Source: Vairimorpha necatrix
Taxonomy: Eukaryota
Assembly (NCBI GenBank): GCA_036630325.1
Contig: CP142729.1
Location: forward strand, 248,001-312,000
Direction: 5' to 3'
Length of the DNA: 64,000 nucleotides
Position 1 is the first letter of the stretch. The number at the start of each line of letters is the position of its first letter. Both the position numbers and the translations under genes were made by a program. The notes beneath the pieces are model-generated. The model searched no databases, was not told where the DNA came from, and was given only the letters and a program-made list of their open reading frames with translations. This document shows positions 35,205-48,467 of this stretch, piece after piece.

Positions 35205-35879
35205 TCATAAAACAGACTTTTTAGTCTCATAAACCCCTTCGCATATCGTACATTCAATGTCTCTACATATACAAACTTTTACATTATCATCTGTCTTATA
35301 TTTGTAAACATTTTTAAAAATTATTAAATCTATCATATCTAATTGGCATTCTTCTTTAAAAATCTCATGTAAAGTCTTCTTTTTCAGTATACTAATATAA
35401 TATAATATTTTCTTAATATTCATAACATTTCTTTTATTAGTCTCTTCGTTTAAATTTTCAATATGAAAAAACATACTTTCTTTTAATACAAATTTATCAG
35501 TAAAAACACCATGAAAATATCCTGTAGAATCTACCGTACCATTAAACTCCAATTTATTCCATGGATCTTTATTATTTCTATATATCGCTACTTTATCTAA
35601 AAAAACATCTTTCAATTTATCACTTGTTTTTAACAATTCTAAATTTTTAAAAATTGCACATAGAGCATTTTCACTTAAAAATATGTCGTCGAGCTCTCCC
35701 TTTGTAAGAATAATCTTATTACCATCTTTTATATCTCTTTTTATTCTTTGTGTGCGATTCACTTCTTTTAAAAAAGAAGTGTTTTTATATCTACCATTGA
35801 GCTTCAATTTCAATTTCGAATGCTTGCGATTTAGTTCGTTTTTAGTGAATATCAACAGAAAATATAAAAGATAATTCAT
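35205..35879 (-). CDS. Hypothetical protein with short hydrophobic N-terminus
   Basis: 224-aa ORF starting MNYLLYFLLIFT with a Cys-rich C-terminus (CICRDIECTIC). Confidence 0.7.
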   Translation of the reverse strand: MNYLLYFLLIFTKNELNRKHSKLKLKLNGRYKNTSFLKEVNRTQRIKRDIKDGNKIILTKGELDDIFLSENALCAIFKNLELLKTSDKLKDVFLDKVAIYRNNKDPWNKLEFNGTVDSTGYFHGVFTDKFVLKESMFFHIENLNEETNKRNVMNIKKILYYISILKKKTLHEIFKEECQLDMIDLIIFKNVYKYKTDDNVKVCICRDIECTICEGVYETKKSVL

Positions 35880-36127
35880 CCTTTTATTTATTAATTATTT
35901 ATTTAAAAATGTTTCAGGTGTAAACATGATTAAAAGATAGATATAAAATTACGGAAGGGCCTAAAATATGTCAAGTATTAAAATTATATTTTGTCAGTTA
36001 AACTCTAATCTTAAAATATTAATTAAATTTCAAAATTATTTCAAACAAACACAAACTTATGAAGAAATGTATTTAAAATGTGGTTTTTTCAACGGTAAAC
36101 GTAAAGTTAATACCGTTATTTAATTAT

Positions 36128-36137
36128 TTACCCCATG
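36128..36137 (+). promoter_or_regulatory. Microsporidian CCC initiation motif (example at DCP2; recurs at most genes in the window)
   Basis: An AT-rich tract then CCC(C) within ~0-6 nt of the ATG at RPS2, SPT6, NAT3, DCP2, 13655, 25820, 29462, 29913, 34486, 38386, 40636, 41998, 45174 and 47266. Confidence 0.8.
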
Positions 36138-36965
36138 AAGAACAAGAAAGAAGAAACACAGAAAAAGCTCAATAAAAAGAAAGGACAGAATACAACCCTT
36201 AAAGATGATAATAATGTAAATATGGATTCTTCAAATTCTCCATGTAAAATTACTGAACATGTTCTTGATGATCTAAGTATTAGATTTCTTCTTTTACTTG
36301 ATCCATTAGATGTAGAAAATATTGAAAGATTGTTTTTTATTCTTGAGGAAGCACATTGGTTTTATATCGACAATTATAATATCAAAACTATACCATTCAT
36401 AGACTTTTGTAGACAAATACTTGCACATAATAAAATCAATATTGATCTAATGGAGGGAATAAACATTTTTAGAACATATAAACAAGCTATAAAAGTGTAC
36501 GGTTGTATAATTTTTGATTCAAAATTGGAATCAGTGTTAATTGTTAGAGAAAATGAGAGAATAAATTCTTACGGGTTCCCAAAAGGTAAAAAAAGTAAAG
36601 ATGAGAGCGGATTAGAATGCGCAATACGCGAAGTAAAAGAAGAAATCGGATATGACGTGAGTAATAAAATTATAAAGAATTTTTCTATAAATTTATTTGA
36701 GAAGATGAATTTTTATTTTGTTTTTAATGTAAAAAAATCAACAAAATTTGTTTGTAATATGAAAAATGAAATTATGGATATAATTTGGTTGCCTATTAGT
36801 AAATTAGAGGATGGGAGTCTTGGTAAAAAATTTTCAATTATTACTAAGAGTTATTTATTGTGGAGAGATTTATATTTGAGTATTTATGATCATAGATTTA
36901 AATTCAATAAAAAGAAGTTTGTTGATTTGATAGTCGACAAAACTAAAGTAGACATTGTGAATTGA
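36135..36965 (+). CDS. DCP2: mRNA decapping enzyme Dcp2
   Basis: Box A (LDDLSIRF..ERLFFILEEAHWFYID) plus Nudix box (FPKGKKSKDESGLECAIREVKEEIG). CCCC-ATG context. Confidence 0.95.
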   Translation: MKNKKEETQKKLNKKKGQNTTLKDDNNVNMDSSNSPCKITEHVLDDLSIRFLLLLDPLDVENIERLFFILEEAHWFYIDNYNIKTIPFIDFCRQILAHNKINIDLMEGINIFRTYKQAIKVYGCIIFDSKLESVLIVRENERINSYGFPKGKKSKDESGLECAIREVKEEIGYDVSNKIIKNFSINLFEKMNFYFVFNVKKSTKFVCNMKNEIMDIIWLPISKLEDGSLGKKFSIITKSYLLWRDLYLSIYDHRFKFNKKKFVDLIVDKTKVDIVN

Positions 36966-38385
36966 TGTACATTTAGAAAACAAAAACTTAAATAAAAATG
37001 AAAAAATATGAATAAGAATATATAAGATATCAAAAGTTTATATTAAAAATTACTTGTATTGAATATTTATTGTAATATTTTTTTTATAAAATGTCTTAAT
37101 GTCATAATTTTTTGAATAAATTTACATTGTGATAAATTATCGATAAATAATATACAAATATTATTTTGTAGTAGATCATTAATAGACAAATTACAACTTT
37201 ATTTGTTTCGATAATTTTTTTTTGAATTTTTGTTTGTTGCTATATAACCTAGAACAATATTTATTTATGTTTTTAATCCATCAAAACGATATCATATTGC
37301 TGCCAAATCTTAAATTTTAAATTAAAATCTGTTAATATGTTGTTGTAATTGTTCCAAAGGTCACAGCTTTCTATTCTACAGATTGTTGATGAAAAACCAT
37401 AGAAACGAAACAAAAATTTTTTTATAAACATTTAGAGAAAAAAACTACCCAAAGTCTTTTAGAATTGATTAAAATTTGTCGATTTTCTGTGTTTGTAATG
37501 AAATTTTTAAATCAAATTACATATAAAAACTATAGTATTACTATTTCATTTTTATGATTTTAATGTAAAGCTATGGCATTACCTTAAGATGGTGAGAATA
37601 AAAAGAAGCAGATCCAATATCCTAACCACAAACCAAGATGAATTTTTTTTATTCAGTAAGATAAAAATTATCGCCCTATGTAAAAATTCCCAACAAACGG
37701 ATCGTGTTTCTTCTAAGCGTAAGGGCACGATGTATATAGCGTAGTTAATATTTGAAGATTGAAATATATAGAAAAGTGAGTTATATGAATAATTGATTGT
37801 GGATCATATAGATTTAAGTATAATTCAACGATCTTCTCTATCTAATACATGCAAATATAGCCGATAAACTAAAAAAACAAAATTTTTGAGAGAATTATAT
37901 TTATTGATATGCGATACAGATATTTTGGGGGTATAAAATTTTAAACATGATATATCAAAAAAATAAATGATGATTGCTTAAATGAATCTAATTAATGTAT
38001 CAAATTTTTATTAAAAATCATATAAACGTGAAAAAATAAATAAAACATACACAACTTGAAATATGAGTTAAAACCCCCGAATATTTATTCAATATAAATA
38101 ATTAATATATGTGTCCATAATATTATGTCAAGTGTCAATATATTATAAAAAATTGCCTATATTGTAATTTAAAGATATATTCTTGATAAAACTAGTAAGA
38201 GGTATAACTACTCGATCTTGTCAAAATATTTCTTATTAGTCGACATAGAAATTTCTTAATTTATGAGAGGTTTAATCTCTATCAAGTTACATTATATTAT
38301 ATGTTTCTTTATAGCTTCATATAATTCATAAAAAAGAAGTAAAAAATATGAGTTTTGTATATAAAATTCGTAAATTTTATTGCCC

Positions 38386-39045
38386 ATGTATTTTTCATGT
38401 ATTTTTTTTATATTGGTAATACACAATAAAAAATATCAAGTACTCTTATCATTTAATGTCGATAATATCTGTACTATAACTCTTCCTCTTGATATTGATC
38501 CATTAAATACAGAGAGTTATGTTTATATGTTGACAGAAATACCAATAAAAGAACATGTAGATATTGACGCCTTTCTAAATTACAATTTAATTCATCCCGA
38601 GAGATGTCATTATTTTGATTATAGCAAGTTTGGTCATTACTTTAACAATAAAATTTGTAGGGAAGAACAAACGGATTCTATCAAGAAAAATTATACTGTT
38701 GATAAAATATTTATTGAAAAAAGTATCATAATCAATCCTTCAAATTATTATTATATAACTGGAATACATTCTAGAGACGATAGAACAGTTTCAAATTTAT
38801 ATATAACATCTAGGATACGGTTTATTAAGAGAAAACCTATCTACTCTGTTCACTACATAGATATACTACACCCCGGGTTAAAAAACAAACAGATAATTCC
38901 ATATTTTCATAATAGTCACATAATAAGCCCCCATGTGTTATTAGAGATTCAAAAAAAATACGAAGCGTTTGGACAAGATTTTGCTAGATTTCTAATGTTT
39001 TATGATGGAAAAACTACACCTGAAAACGATTTCAAAATTGAATAA
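38386..39045 (+). CDS. Secreted-type protein (family C)
   Basis: GCCC-ATG; MYFSCIFFILVIH; shares ICTIT.P, YVYMLTEIP, FGHY, NYYYITGI and NLYITS with 40636..41274. Confidence 0.85.
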   Translation: MYFSCIFFILVIHNKKYQVLLSFNVDNICTITLPLDIDPLNTESYVYMLTEIPIKEHVDIDAFLNYNLIHPERCHYFDYSKFGHYFNNKICREEQTDSIKKNYTVDKIFIEKSIIINPSNYYYITGIHSRDDRTVSNLYITSRIRFIKRKPIYSVHYIDILHPGLKNKQIIPYFHNSHIISPHVLLEIQKKYEAFGQDFARFLMFYDGKTTPENDFKIE

Positions 39046-40635
39046 ATTTTTTTAATGATTTTTGTGTTATAATTAAAATAATTTGTTTTTTAGATGTGCA
39101 TAGTTAGGCTTAAATAGATAATTTTTTCTTATGATACTTTTCAAGTTAAAATTTGCTATTTCCGATTTTAAAATATTTTTTACGATCGAAAAAAAATGAA
39201 AATATTGGTTAAAATTATAAACGTCATTATTTATTAGTAACAAATTGCAATTGCATATTTTAAGTAAAAGAAAATTGTCAAATAATTTTAAACTTATCAG
39301 AATTAAATTAACATAAAAATCTTCTGAAATAGAAACAAATTCATCATGTATAGAATTGCTATACACGAGTTAATTTTTTTTCAATAAGTGATATATCATA
39401 AATTCGCTAAAAAAGTATAAAAATGCGTTTTTTAAAATTTTTTGAATTTTCTATACATTAAAAAATAAAATATATGATTTTTATGCATAAAATAAATATA
39501 TTGTATTATTTTTTTCATAGTAATAATTTATTAAATATTTGAATTGAGATGTACATTATAATTGTTTTAAGAGCACAATATTGATTCTGCAACTTTAAAC
39601 ACAAAGAAAAATGACATAAGAGCATCAAATGAGAGAAATGATTTATTGTCAAAAAACATTACGCATTAAAATTTAATAAAATGATTTTCTTAATTGATTT
39701 AAGTACATTTTCTTGAGTCATATTAAAAGCTCAGGAAATCTTGTTTAACTGTATTTCATGTTTCTCTCAATTATCATGTTTCCTCAATACAATATCATCG
39801 ATTGTTATTTAATCAATTTTAAGCCTATACGTTTCATATATGCTTAAATAGATATTATAAGCTTCCGTATGAATATTGAGTGATGTAGAGCCAGAGTAAC
39901 TTTTTCTCGGCATGTATAATTTTGTCTTAAAATTATGCAAATAGACCAAGTGCGTTTCATTTTAAATTTTGCTACTACAAAAATAAAAATAAACGTATAA
40001 TATTTTTATCTTAGGATCGACAAGATCATATAGAATTTTTAAAATTTACATTAAGTCGTTTTACTGTTATTGGACTTTTTCAAATATCTTAACCATCGAT
40101 TTTAATTCTTCTGCTATATATTTTTCAAGCGAATGTGATTGTTGAATGTTTAATATCTTTATATTGTAGTGTTTTGGCATAATAATTGTTTTGCAAATTA
40201 TTGCGCAATCTCTCACAAATATATATTAATGATTTAATTGGATAAGTATAAAAAGTAGACTTATCTATATTTCTATGTCTAAAAACTTTTTTGACATATT
40301 ACTAATTAAAAATTAAAAATACAACTGAAATAACTTATGGCATTAAAACCTCTAAGCTATTGTTACTAACAATTCTCAAAGTTTACTAAATATTACCAAA
40401 ACATTGCAACAAAAACATGAAATGCATCTATGTATAAACTATACTTCTCAATTTTAAGAAAAATAGTATCTGCTAAAGATGTTTCAAAAATATTTGATTT
40501 TTTAAAATTAATTTTTACTGAAACACGGGTAAGCAAAATGTTAAAATAAAGATGTTTCTTTATATTTACTTATAAATTCGATTTGTTTTGAATTTTCTGA
40601 AAATTCATAATAAAAAAAAAAATAATTTTCACCCC

Positions 40636-41274
40636 ATGTTGTTTTGGTACATTGTTTTCATAACTGATATTTTTTGTAAAAAATTACAAATATTATTGTC
40701 TTTAAAACCTTATGGTATATGTACTATAACTATTCCTATCAAATTTAATCCAACGTTCACAGGAAATTATGTTTACATGTTGACGGAAATACCAAATAAT
40801 GAAAATATTAGTATCATCGATAAAATCAATTTTAGTTTAGATATAGAAGAAAGCAGTTTTTACTTTACTTATAGCGGGTTTGGTCATTACTTAAAAAACG
40901 AACTTAGTAAATCTTATCCTGATGATACAACATACTACGACGATAAAATTTTTTTTGAAAAAGATATAATAATCGACCCAACAAAAAATTATTATATTAC
41001 TGGAATATACTCTGAAGATAATAATACGATAACGAACTTATATATTACATCCAATGTAACATTTTCTAGGAAAAAACCTATCTATTATGTAGATTGCCTC
41101 GATTTAATAGAACCAAGCAAAAAAAACATTGAACCAATTCCGAATTATCATATTGGGCACATGTTTTGTCCATATGCAATATTAGAGATACAGAAAATTA
41201 GTGATAGACATGAATTAGAATTTGATATAAACACATATCTTAATGTCAACCCCGGGGAAAACATTAGAAATTAA
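40636..41274 (+). CDS. Secreted-type protein (family C)
   Basis: CCCC-ATG; MLFWYIVFITDIFC; tandem paralogue of 38386..39045. Confidence 0.85.
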   Translation: MLFWYIVFITDIFCKKLQILLSLKPYGICTITIPIKFNPTFTGNYVYMLTEIPNNENISIIDKINFSLDIEESSFYFTYSGFGHYLKNELSKSYPDDTTYYDDKIFFEKDIIIDPTKNYYITGIYSEDNNTITNLYITSNVTFSRKKPIYYVDCLDLIEPSKKNIEPIPNYHIGHMFCPYAILEIQKISDRHELEFDINTYLNVNPGENIRN

Positions 41275-41997
41275 ATAAAAATTTATTGAGTTATTTTTTA
41301 CGTATCTTTCTAGTATATATTTTGTGATTCTAAACGTATTTCATTGAGGTTGTTTAAAAACATAATGAGATATATAAGCATTTTTAAAATCAATTAAAAA
41401 ATTTAAATTAAATTGAAGAAATTTTGTAATTAAAAATCTGCTTCTTTGCACATGAAATAAAATATAATATTATTTTTTCATGTCCCTGTGAATTTCTATA
41501 CTTAGAAAATGAATGTTTGACTATTTTGACTCATTCAAATGTAGACATAAATATTAAAATTTAAGGTTTTATGTGCCTTATATAATTATAAAAGGTATTT
41601 AAATAACCAAAAATTAGTAATTTACTTTTCTATACGACTTTTGTAATCAAAGAAAACTTATAAATTGCTAAAATAATTTTTTTATTCTTGTTTATTTTTA
41701 TTATTACTAAAAAAAAATAGAAATAAAAATAAAATTAGATAAAATTTAAAACAAAAGCATGTAAATATAAAGATATTTAGGAAATCTAATAATACATTTT
41801 ATTAAGACAAATTAGTCCAATAAGAACAAAATATAGTTCCATTCCGTATATTACCCATCCAAATATTCCTCAGCAGTTTTTTTCTTTCAGACATAAGTGT
41901 AATTATATATTATTTCTATTAAAAAATAAAAAGTGTCTCTAATTTACATTTTTCTTCTAATATTCTAGATAAAGTAAAAAATAATAAATTGGCCCAT

Positions 41998-42528
41998 ATG
42001 AATATTTTAAAATTACTTTATTTTTCAATGGCACAAAACGAAAAAAGTGATTTGAGAGCAGATATGATCAAATCAGAATTAGCTGGCATATTACAAAAAA
42101 AGAATCCCGAGATAGCTTTGTCAAATATTTTGTCAGATAAATATCGCGTTGATCCATTTTCAATCTCTTATTTTACTAACAAAGAATATAATTTCGAGGA
42201 TGATGATTTATATTATGAATTTAAAAACACATTCTTTTTAGAATTTGAAAAAATCATAAAATATGAAGAACTTTTGTTTAATAAAATGAAAGAAGAAGTA
42301 ATAAATGATTTAAAGAGAAAAATTGTTTTATCAAATTTTCCTGAATTTGACGACATTAATAATTTGGAGAAATATTTTTTACTATCATTTTTGAATTATG
42401 AAGAATTGTTACACTCGGAATTGACTTTTTTTGATGAGAAAATTAAAGAAATCTTTGATGATTTGCAATACAAAGATAGTAAATTAAAAAGGCAAAGAAG
42501 TTTATTTAACAATAGTAGAGAGAATTAA
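41998..42528 (+). CDS. Small helical protein (family D, divergent member)
   Basis: GCCCAT-ATG; IKSELAGILQKKNPEIALSNILSDKYR matches the family-D motif. Confidence 0.8.
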   Translation: MNILKLLYFSMAQNEKSDLRADMIKSELAGILQKKNPEIALSNILSDKYRVDPFSISYFTNKEYNFEDDDLYYEFKNTFFLEFEKIIKYEELLFNKMKEEVINDLKRKIVLSNFPEFDDINNLEKYFLLSFLNYEELLHSELTFFDEKIKEIFDDLQYKDSKLKRQRSLFNNSREN

Positions 42529-45173
42529 ATTTTTATGAAATGTTATTTTTTTAATATTTTAAAATTTTTATAAAAACATTTTATTAGTTCGATATTTAGT
42601 GTTGCTGTGTATTATTCGGATTTTTTGTGTAGTAAAGAATTTAAAATTAACTGAATATTATGTTATGTTCATAAGTCGTATATAGTTATTTATAATCCAA
42701 ATGAATTACATCTACCAATATCAAATTAAATTTAAACTTGTAAATAGCACACCAAGATCCAAGTACTAAAAAAAAGTATGATTTATAATTGTCTTGGGAA
42801 AACTGATTATTATGAATTGCATTTGGCAATTAGACTATGTATTGCTATTAGTTCGATTATACGATTTACCTCAGTTATACATAAATTTCTCTGTCTAAAT
42901 CATAACAATTTTTACTGCTTTAAATTCTATGTCTTTTTATGAGCAAAAAATTGAATATGTTAAACAGACAACTTGTTTTTTTGTTAGCCATTTATATTGT
43001 GAATTTGATTTATTTCGAATTCAAATTTATAGATCTTATCTAAAACTAATTTTCTAATTTCTAATAGTTCCTATTATCTCGATATAAGGTCATTGTTGTG
43101 TTTTTATGTTTCTATTGTTTGTGCAGCGTCAAAACTCACCCTACAAATTCGTACAATAATTATGAGTGCATTACTTTGTCAATTCAATATCTAGTTTATT
43201 CCGTGCTAATATAGAAGTAATAAAACTGTCTTAGTACGAATTTATGCGTAAATCAATATAATTAAACATTCTTTTCAAATATTTTTAGAAAACAATTGCG
43301 AAATGAATATTTTTAAGTTATTGAAAAGATTCTTTAAAGTATATTTTGACAATACAAAACATACATAAAGAAAAAGGCTCGTTTTTATCTTCTTTTTTTT
43401 TCATAATTAAAAATTCAAATCTTTTTTTACATAACAATAGTTAGATTTTTTCAGTTCTTAATTTATCTCCCAATTCAAGATGAACTGAAGGTTTTATCAG
43501 AAGCTAGTCTAGTTTGGTGCCTTTTTTGCATGCATATTTAAATTGTGTAATTTATAGTTCTTTTATTTTTTCGGCCACAGCTGCGTAATATTCATGACGA
43601 TTCATTCAATTTATTTCTCATGATTTTACATATATCATGTCCAAAGTTTCGCTTTAGATTTTTTTCATGTACTCAACAATTTTAATTATAAAAAAATTGT
43701 AATACTTGTAAAATAGGTTTTCGTGTTGTCGATTATTTATGTAAATAGAACTCTTTTTGTATGTTGAGATGTTAAAATCCAGTCACTCTTTCTTGATGAG
43801 TTTTTATGTGGTTTCCGGGGGTAGATATCTAAAATAATGCTTAAATGCTTTTTTGAGTACAGATATGTGATGTATGTTCTAATTATAATATACATTATAG
43901 CTATTATCTTCCGATTTTATGGTTTACATAATATAAGTTCAATATTAATACATAAATATCTTAATACACAATGACAAAATCATTATCTAAATTTCTTTAT
44001 TATACTGTATTAATTTCTAAAATCTTCAAATTAGTATTTGATATCAACGTAAAAAACACCATTTGCTTGTATACTTATATTTTTTAGAATAATTACATTT
44101 TTTGATTCCATAAAATTTATATGTCTGTTTTCGCTATTTCCCTGTCCATTCAAGAACAAATATATAATTTTATATAAATATTATCTAAATCATATAATTC
44201 ATTTGCAAAAAAAATTTAAATGTGGTTAAGTGTATAATGTTTTTTGTTCTTGATTTTTTATGCACCGTAAAAAATAATTAATTTTAATATAATAACTTTG
44301 TTATATAAGTTTTTCCTTATATAACTAATACTTAAAAATCATATTTAAAAAACTGTACTTAGAATGTTTAAGCAATATACCTGAAATCAATATGAAATTT
44401 ATCATTATTTTTAAAGTTAAATCTGGAAATAAATATATTAGCCTTTTTAACTTATACTTACACCATAAAATCTCTTCATAACCGAAGAAAATTATAAATA
44501 TGAGCTTATTGTCGGATTTGAATAATTAGACCAAATTAGAAAGCTTCATAACATTACGATTGATCTTCATTTGTATTTACAGATTATATAATTAATTTAT
44601 CCAACAATAGCTCTTTTAAGTAACAAACATGTAAAGATAAATTTTATTTTGAGTTATAAGACGTATAACTTAATTTATCTAAATTTAAGCTATATTTTAT
44701 ATTCTATTTGTTGAATTAAAAATTCAAAAATATTTGAGGTTTTTGTTACAAAGTGCATTAAACATACGTCTCTTATTTTTATATTTCATCTACTCTTTAG
44801 ATTTATGTGATACTCTAATACAACACGTCATTTTATGCCAAAGCTCCTCCATAAAATATGACTATCTGACTATTTTTTACAAAAAATTTTTACTAATTAT
44901 TTTCATTTACATAAATAATAAACCGTCTCTTTAATTAAATATTTAAAAAAAACATATAACAATTAACGATATTCTATATTCAAGACCTTCTTTAATATTT
45001 AATTAATTTATCATATTTGCAAAATATTGATTTATTTATAGCGTTTAAAAAAAGAATTATATATACATTTTTGGTGCCAAAGCTTATTATTTAGTCTTCT
45101 TTATTTTATTAAAAATTAAATTAACTAATGTGACGTTACGAAAAACTACAAAAGGCTTTTTGATTTTACCCCA

Positions 45174-45719
45174 ATGAACGTTTTAATTTATTTATGTCTT
45201 CTAAATTGTACCAATGATACGTGTCTCGATAGATTAAACAACATTAGAAAGGATATAGCTAATATTTTTATGAAAGACGATCCTGTGTTTGTATTAAACA
45301 AGTTGTTAATCGAAAAATATCGTACTAAACAAAAAACTCCAAGAATTGCAGATTATACTAAAGATGAGTTTGATTTACGAAATAGTAGCTTTCAGAGAGA
45401 ATGGGAGATGAGATTTGATGCTGAAGTTAAAATATTTTTAGCAGATGAAGAAAAGGGATTTCTTAATGCAAAGGATGATAATATATTATCTGGTTTAAAG
45501 TTCGAAATTGACATGTTAAAAGAAAGGAAATTTGAATCAGTAGAAAATTTAGAGCGTGAATATGATTTAGCAGATATTATACTATCCCATATGCGACGTT
45601 ATGAACAGAAGGTGGACGACGATTTGAATTGTTTTGAGTTAAAAGTTTATATACTTCAAAAAAATCTACATTATGAAAAGCAATTATCTAAAGGTAGGTT
45701 TCATAGCTGTTATATTTAA
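45174..45719 (+). CDS. Small secreted-type protein (family D)
   Basis: CCCCA-ATG; IRKDIANIFMKDDPVFVLNKLLIEKYRT...FQREWEMRF. Confidence 0.85.
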   Translation: MNVLIYLCLLNCTNDTCLDRLNNIRKDIANIFMKDDPVFVLNKLLIEKYRTKQKTPRIADYTKDEFDLRNSSFQREWEMRFDAEVKIFLADEEKGFLNAKDDNILSGLKFEIDMLKERKFESVENLEREYDLADIILSHMRRYEQKVDDDLNCFELKVYILQKNLHYEKQLSKGRFHSCYI

Positions 45720-47265
45720 AAATAAATCTTAATATCGTATGATTTCTTTTATTTGTAGATAAATATCTTTTTATTCATATTTAGTCAATGTCGTTAATTT
45801 AATTTTTGTTTTTTAGGCGTTTAAATTTAGTGTAAATGGTGGATAAATAAGTCATTGTTGTAGGATAGAGATTATCAGAATATGTAACATCCCTAACCAA
45901 GGCGGCTAGTCTAATACACCTCATTCCTAAGCAGATTTTATAAGTCATGATGCCTCATTATACAGTCCATTATATAATTATTAATTTTTTCTTTTTAGCT
46001 TTGTTTCACGAAAGTAGAAGTGTCCAGAAAGAATTGAACGAAAAAATTTACAAATGAATAAATGGTCTTATAAATTTATAATTGGTTAATTACTATGGAA
46101 ACATTATTTTAAATTTTTATAATTATACATTGATCTAAGGTAGTGATTTATTATAGACTAAAATACCAAATGTCTCTTAATATTTTTTATTCTTTTTTTC
46201 AGCACATATGAGGTTGTCATTATTACTAAGTTTCAATCTGTTTTTATTGTTAAAGACAGATTCTAGTCTTGGTCGTTATTGTTTAAAGTATATATTTATA
46301 TATTAATTTGGTCTTTTTAGTACTTCAATGATTTATATAGACAAAATATAAGGATACTACATATTTATGCTCTTTAAAGCATTCTTAAATCAAAATATTC
46401 ATCAATTATATGAGATATGTAATATTTTCAATTCAAAGTTTAATAAAACTATTTATACGATTGATTAATTCATAAAAAATATCTTTTATTACAATATAAA
46501 TTCCTTATATAAAATGGCTTATAAGTATATTTATCAAAACTCATCTATATAAAATAAGTAAAAGAAAGAAATATTTGACAATTTCGAAAATGAATTAATG
46601 GGGCTTATATTATTTATTCTTTTTTAAAACTTTATTTTTTTGTTTACGTTCCTTATTATTAATTCCGTTTCGATAAGAAAAGAAAGGTTTAATAGAAAAT
46701 TCTGAAAATTATGGTTAAGTGAGCTAAAGTGGAAACTCTCTAACACTTTTTATTTTGTTTTATGTATTAAAACATTTTAAAAGTCTCTAAATTCTGATAA
46801 TTGTTAAATTTCAAAATTTCTTGTAAAGTAAATATTTATTGCATCACATTGAAGTTACAATATAAATAGATAATAAATTGATTGTGATATGTGTAAACTA
46901 TGTTTCTTATTCGAAAAAAGCCTATTTCCAAAAATTGTTTCTTTTGTATTTATATAACATTTTACGAACCCTGGAAATCTTTACTAATTCTTTTCATTAC
47001 TCTTAATTGAAATTCGATTTTTAAGTAAAATAAGAGATAAAGTTATATAAAACTATAATAAATGGTCAAAACTTATATTTTAACTAATCAAATCAATATT
47101 AATTTATCAAAAATTACTAATTATTTGAAATTTCTTACGCTTACCATAATATTATATGTTTCTTATAAATTAATATGCGATTGATATTTTCTAATTGTTT
47201 AATTATAATTTATTTTTGTACGTGTTGGAAAAAAAATTAAAAAAAACGCATGGGCTTCCCCCTTT

Positions 47266-47793
47266 ATGAACATTTTATTTTATTTATGTGTTATTTTTTT
47301 GTCTTCTAACAAAAATATTAACAGATTGAACTGTATTAGAGAAGATATAGCTGATATTTTTTTTAAAGACGATCCTGTGTCTGTATTAAACAAGTTGTTA
47401 GTTGAAAAGTATCGTACTAAACAAAATACTCCTAAAATAGAGGATTTCACTGAAGATAAATATAATTTGCAAAATAGCGTTTTTCAAAGAGAATGGGAAT
47501 TGAGATTCGATCACGAAGTTAAAAAATTTTTAGATAAGGAAGAAGAAAATTTTATATGTACAAAAAACAATATTATACTTTTTCACATGAAAACTGCGAT
47601 TAACAAGTCAAAATTTCTAAACTTTGAAAAAGAACAAATTAAAAAACTTGAGTACACTTTGGCAGATACTATACTTGTAAAAGTCTTGCATTATGAAGAA
47701 GATGTTGATGACATGTTAAAATGTTTTAGAAGAGCAATCAGTAAGATCCAAGAAAATCTATATATTAAAAAGCAATTACTTGAAGTAAGATAG
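47266..47793 (+). CDS. Small secreted-type protein (family D)
   Basis: CCCCCTTT-ATG; IREDIADIFFKDDPVSVLNKLLVEKYRT...FQREWELRF. Confidence 0.85.
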   Translation: MNILFYLCVIFLSSNKNINRLNCIREDIADIFFKDDPVSVLNKLLVEKYRTKQNTPKIEDFTEDKYNLQNSVFQREWELRFDHEVKKFLDKEEENFICTKNNIILFHMKTAINKSKFLNFEKEQIKKLEYTLADTILVKVLHYEEDVDDMLKCFRRAISKIQENLYIKKQLLEVR

Positions 47794-48467
47794 TTTGGTC
47801 TGTTTTTTAATTTTAAATAAATTCAATTTTTGTATGTCTTTTTTATATTGACTTTTAATCTTTGCATTTACACTGATTTGTATATGTCGACAGAACTATT
47901 ATATTTTTGTTTTTTATGCATAACGAACGTGAAATGATACTTTTTCTCTAGATTAACGTTATTAGTTAATTACTAAAACTATTGTATTTACACATTTTAT
48001 AACTGCAAGCTACAAGTTCATTAATATTTTTAAATTGTTTAATTTTTAGTAGTATATATATACAAAATTTTCTAGAATCTTTGGTTTAAAGCGCTTTTAT
48101 TTATATTTGACCTTTGGTCAAAACCAAACCGAGACAACACTAATTACGCAGACATCAACAAACAATCCCTTCAAGTGGTCGATAACAATAGTAGAATTCA
48201 GCAGATTAGAAATCTTTTTCTGAATGCCACATCACTTAAAGGCACACCACTTAAAGAGCTAGCTTTAACAAAGTCTTGCATTAAACCCAAAGTTGGTCAT
48301 AATTTTGTTTAATTAGAAAAAAATGTATAGCTTGAGTCGTATAGTAATTTGTTTTTTTCGTTGTTTAAAATTATATTAGGTGTAACGTTTTGAGGTTAAA
48401 GAAAAAAAATATGTTTATATAATAGACCTTTGACTTATATCTAATAACAATTTTACTGAAAATATAA

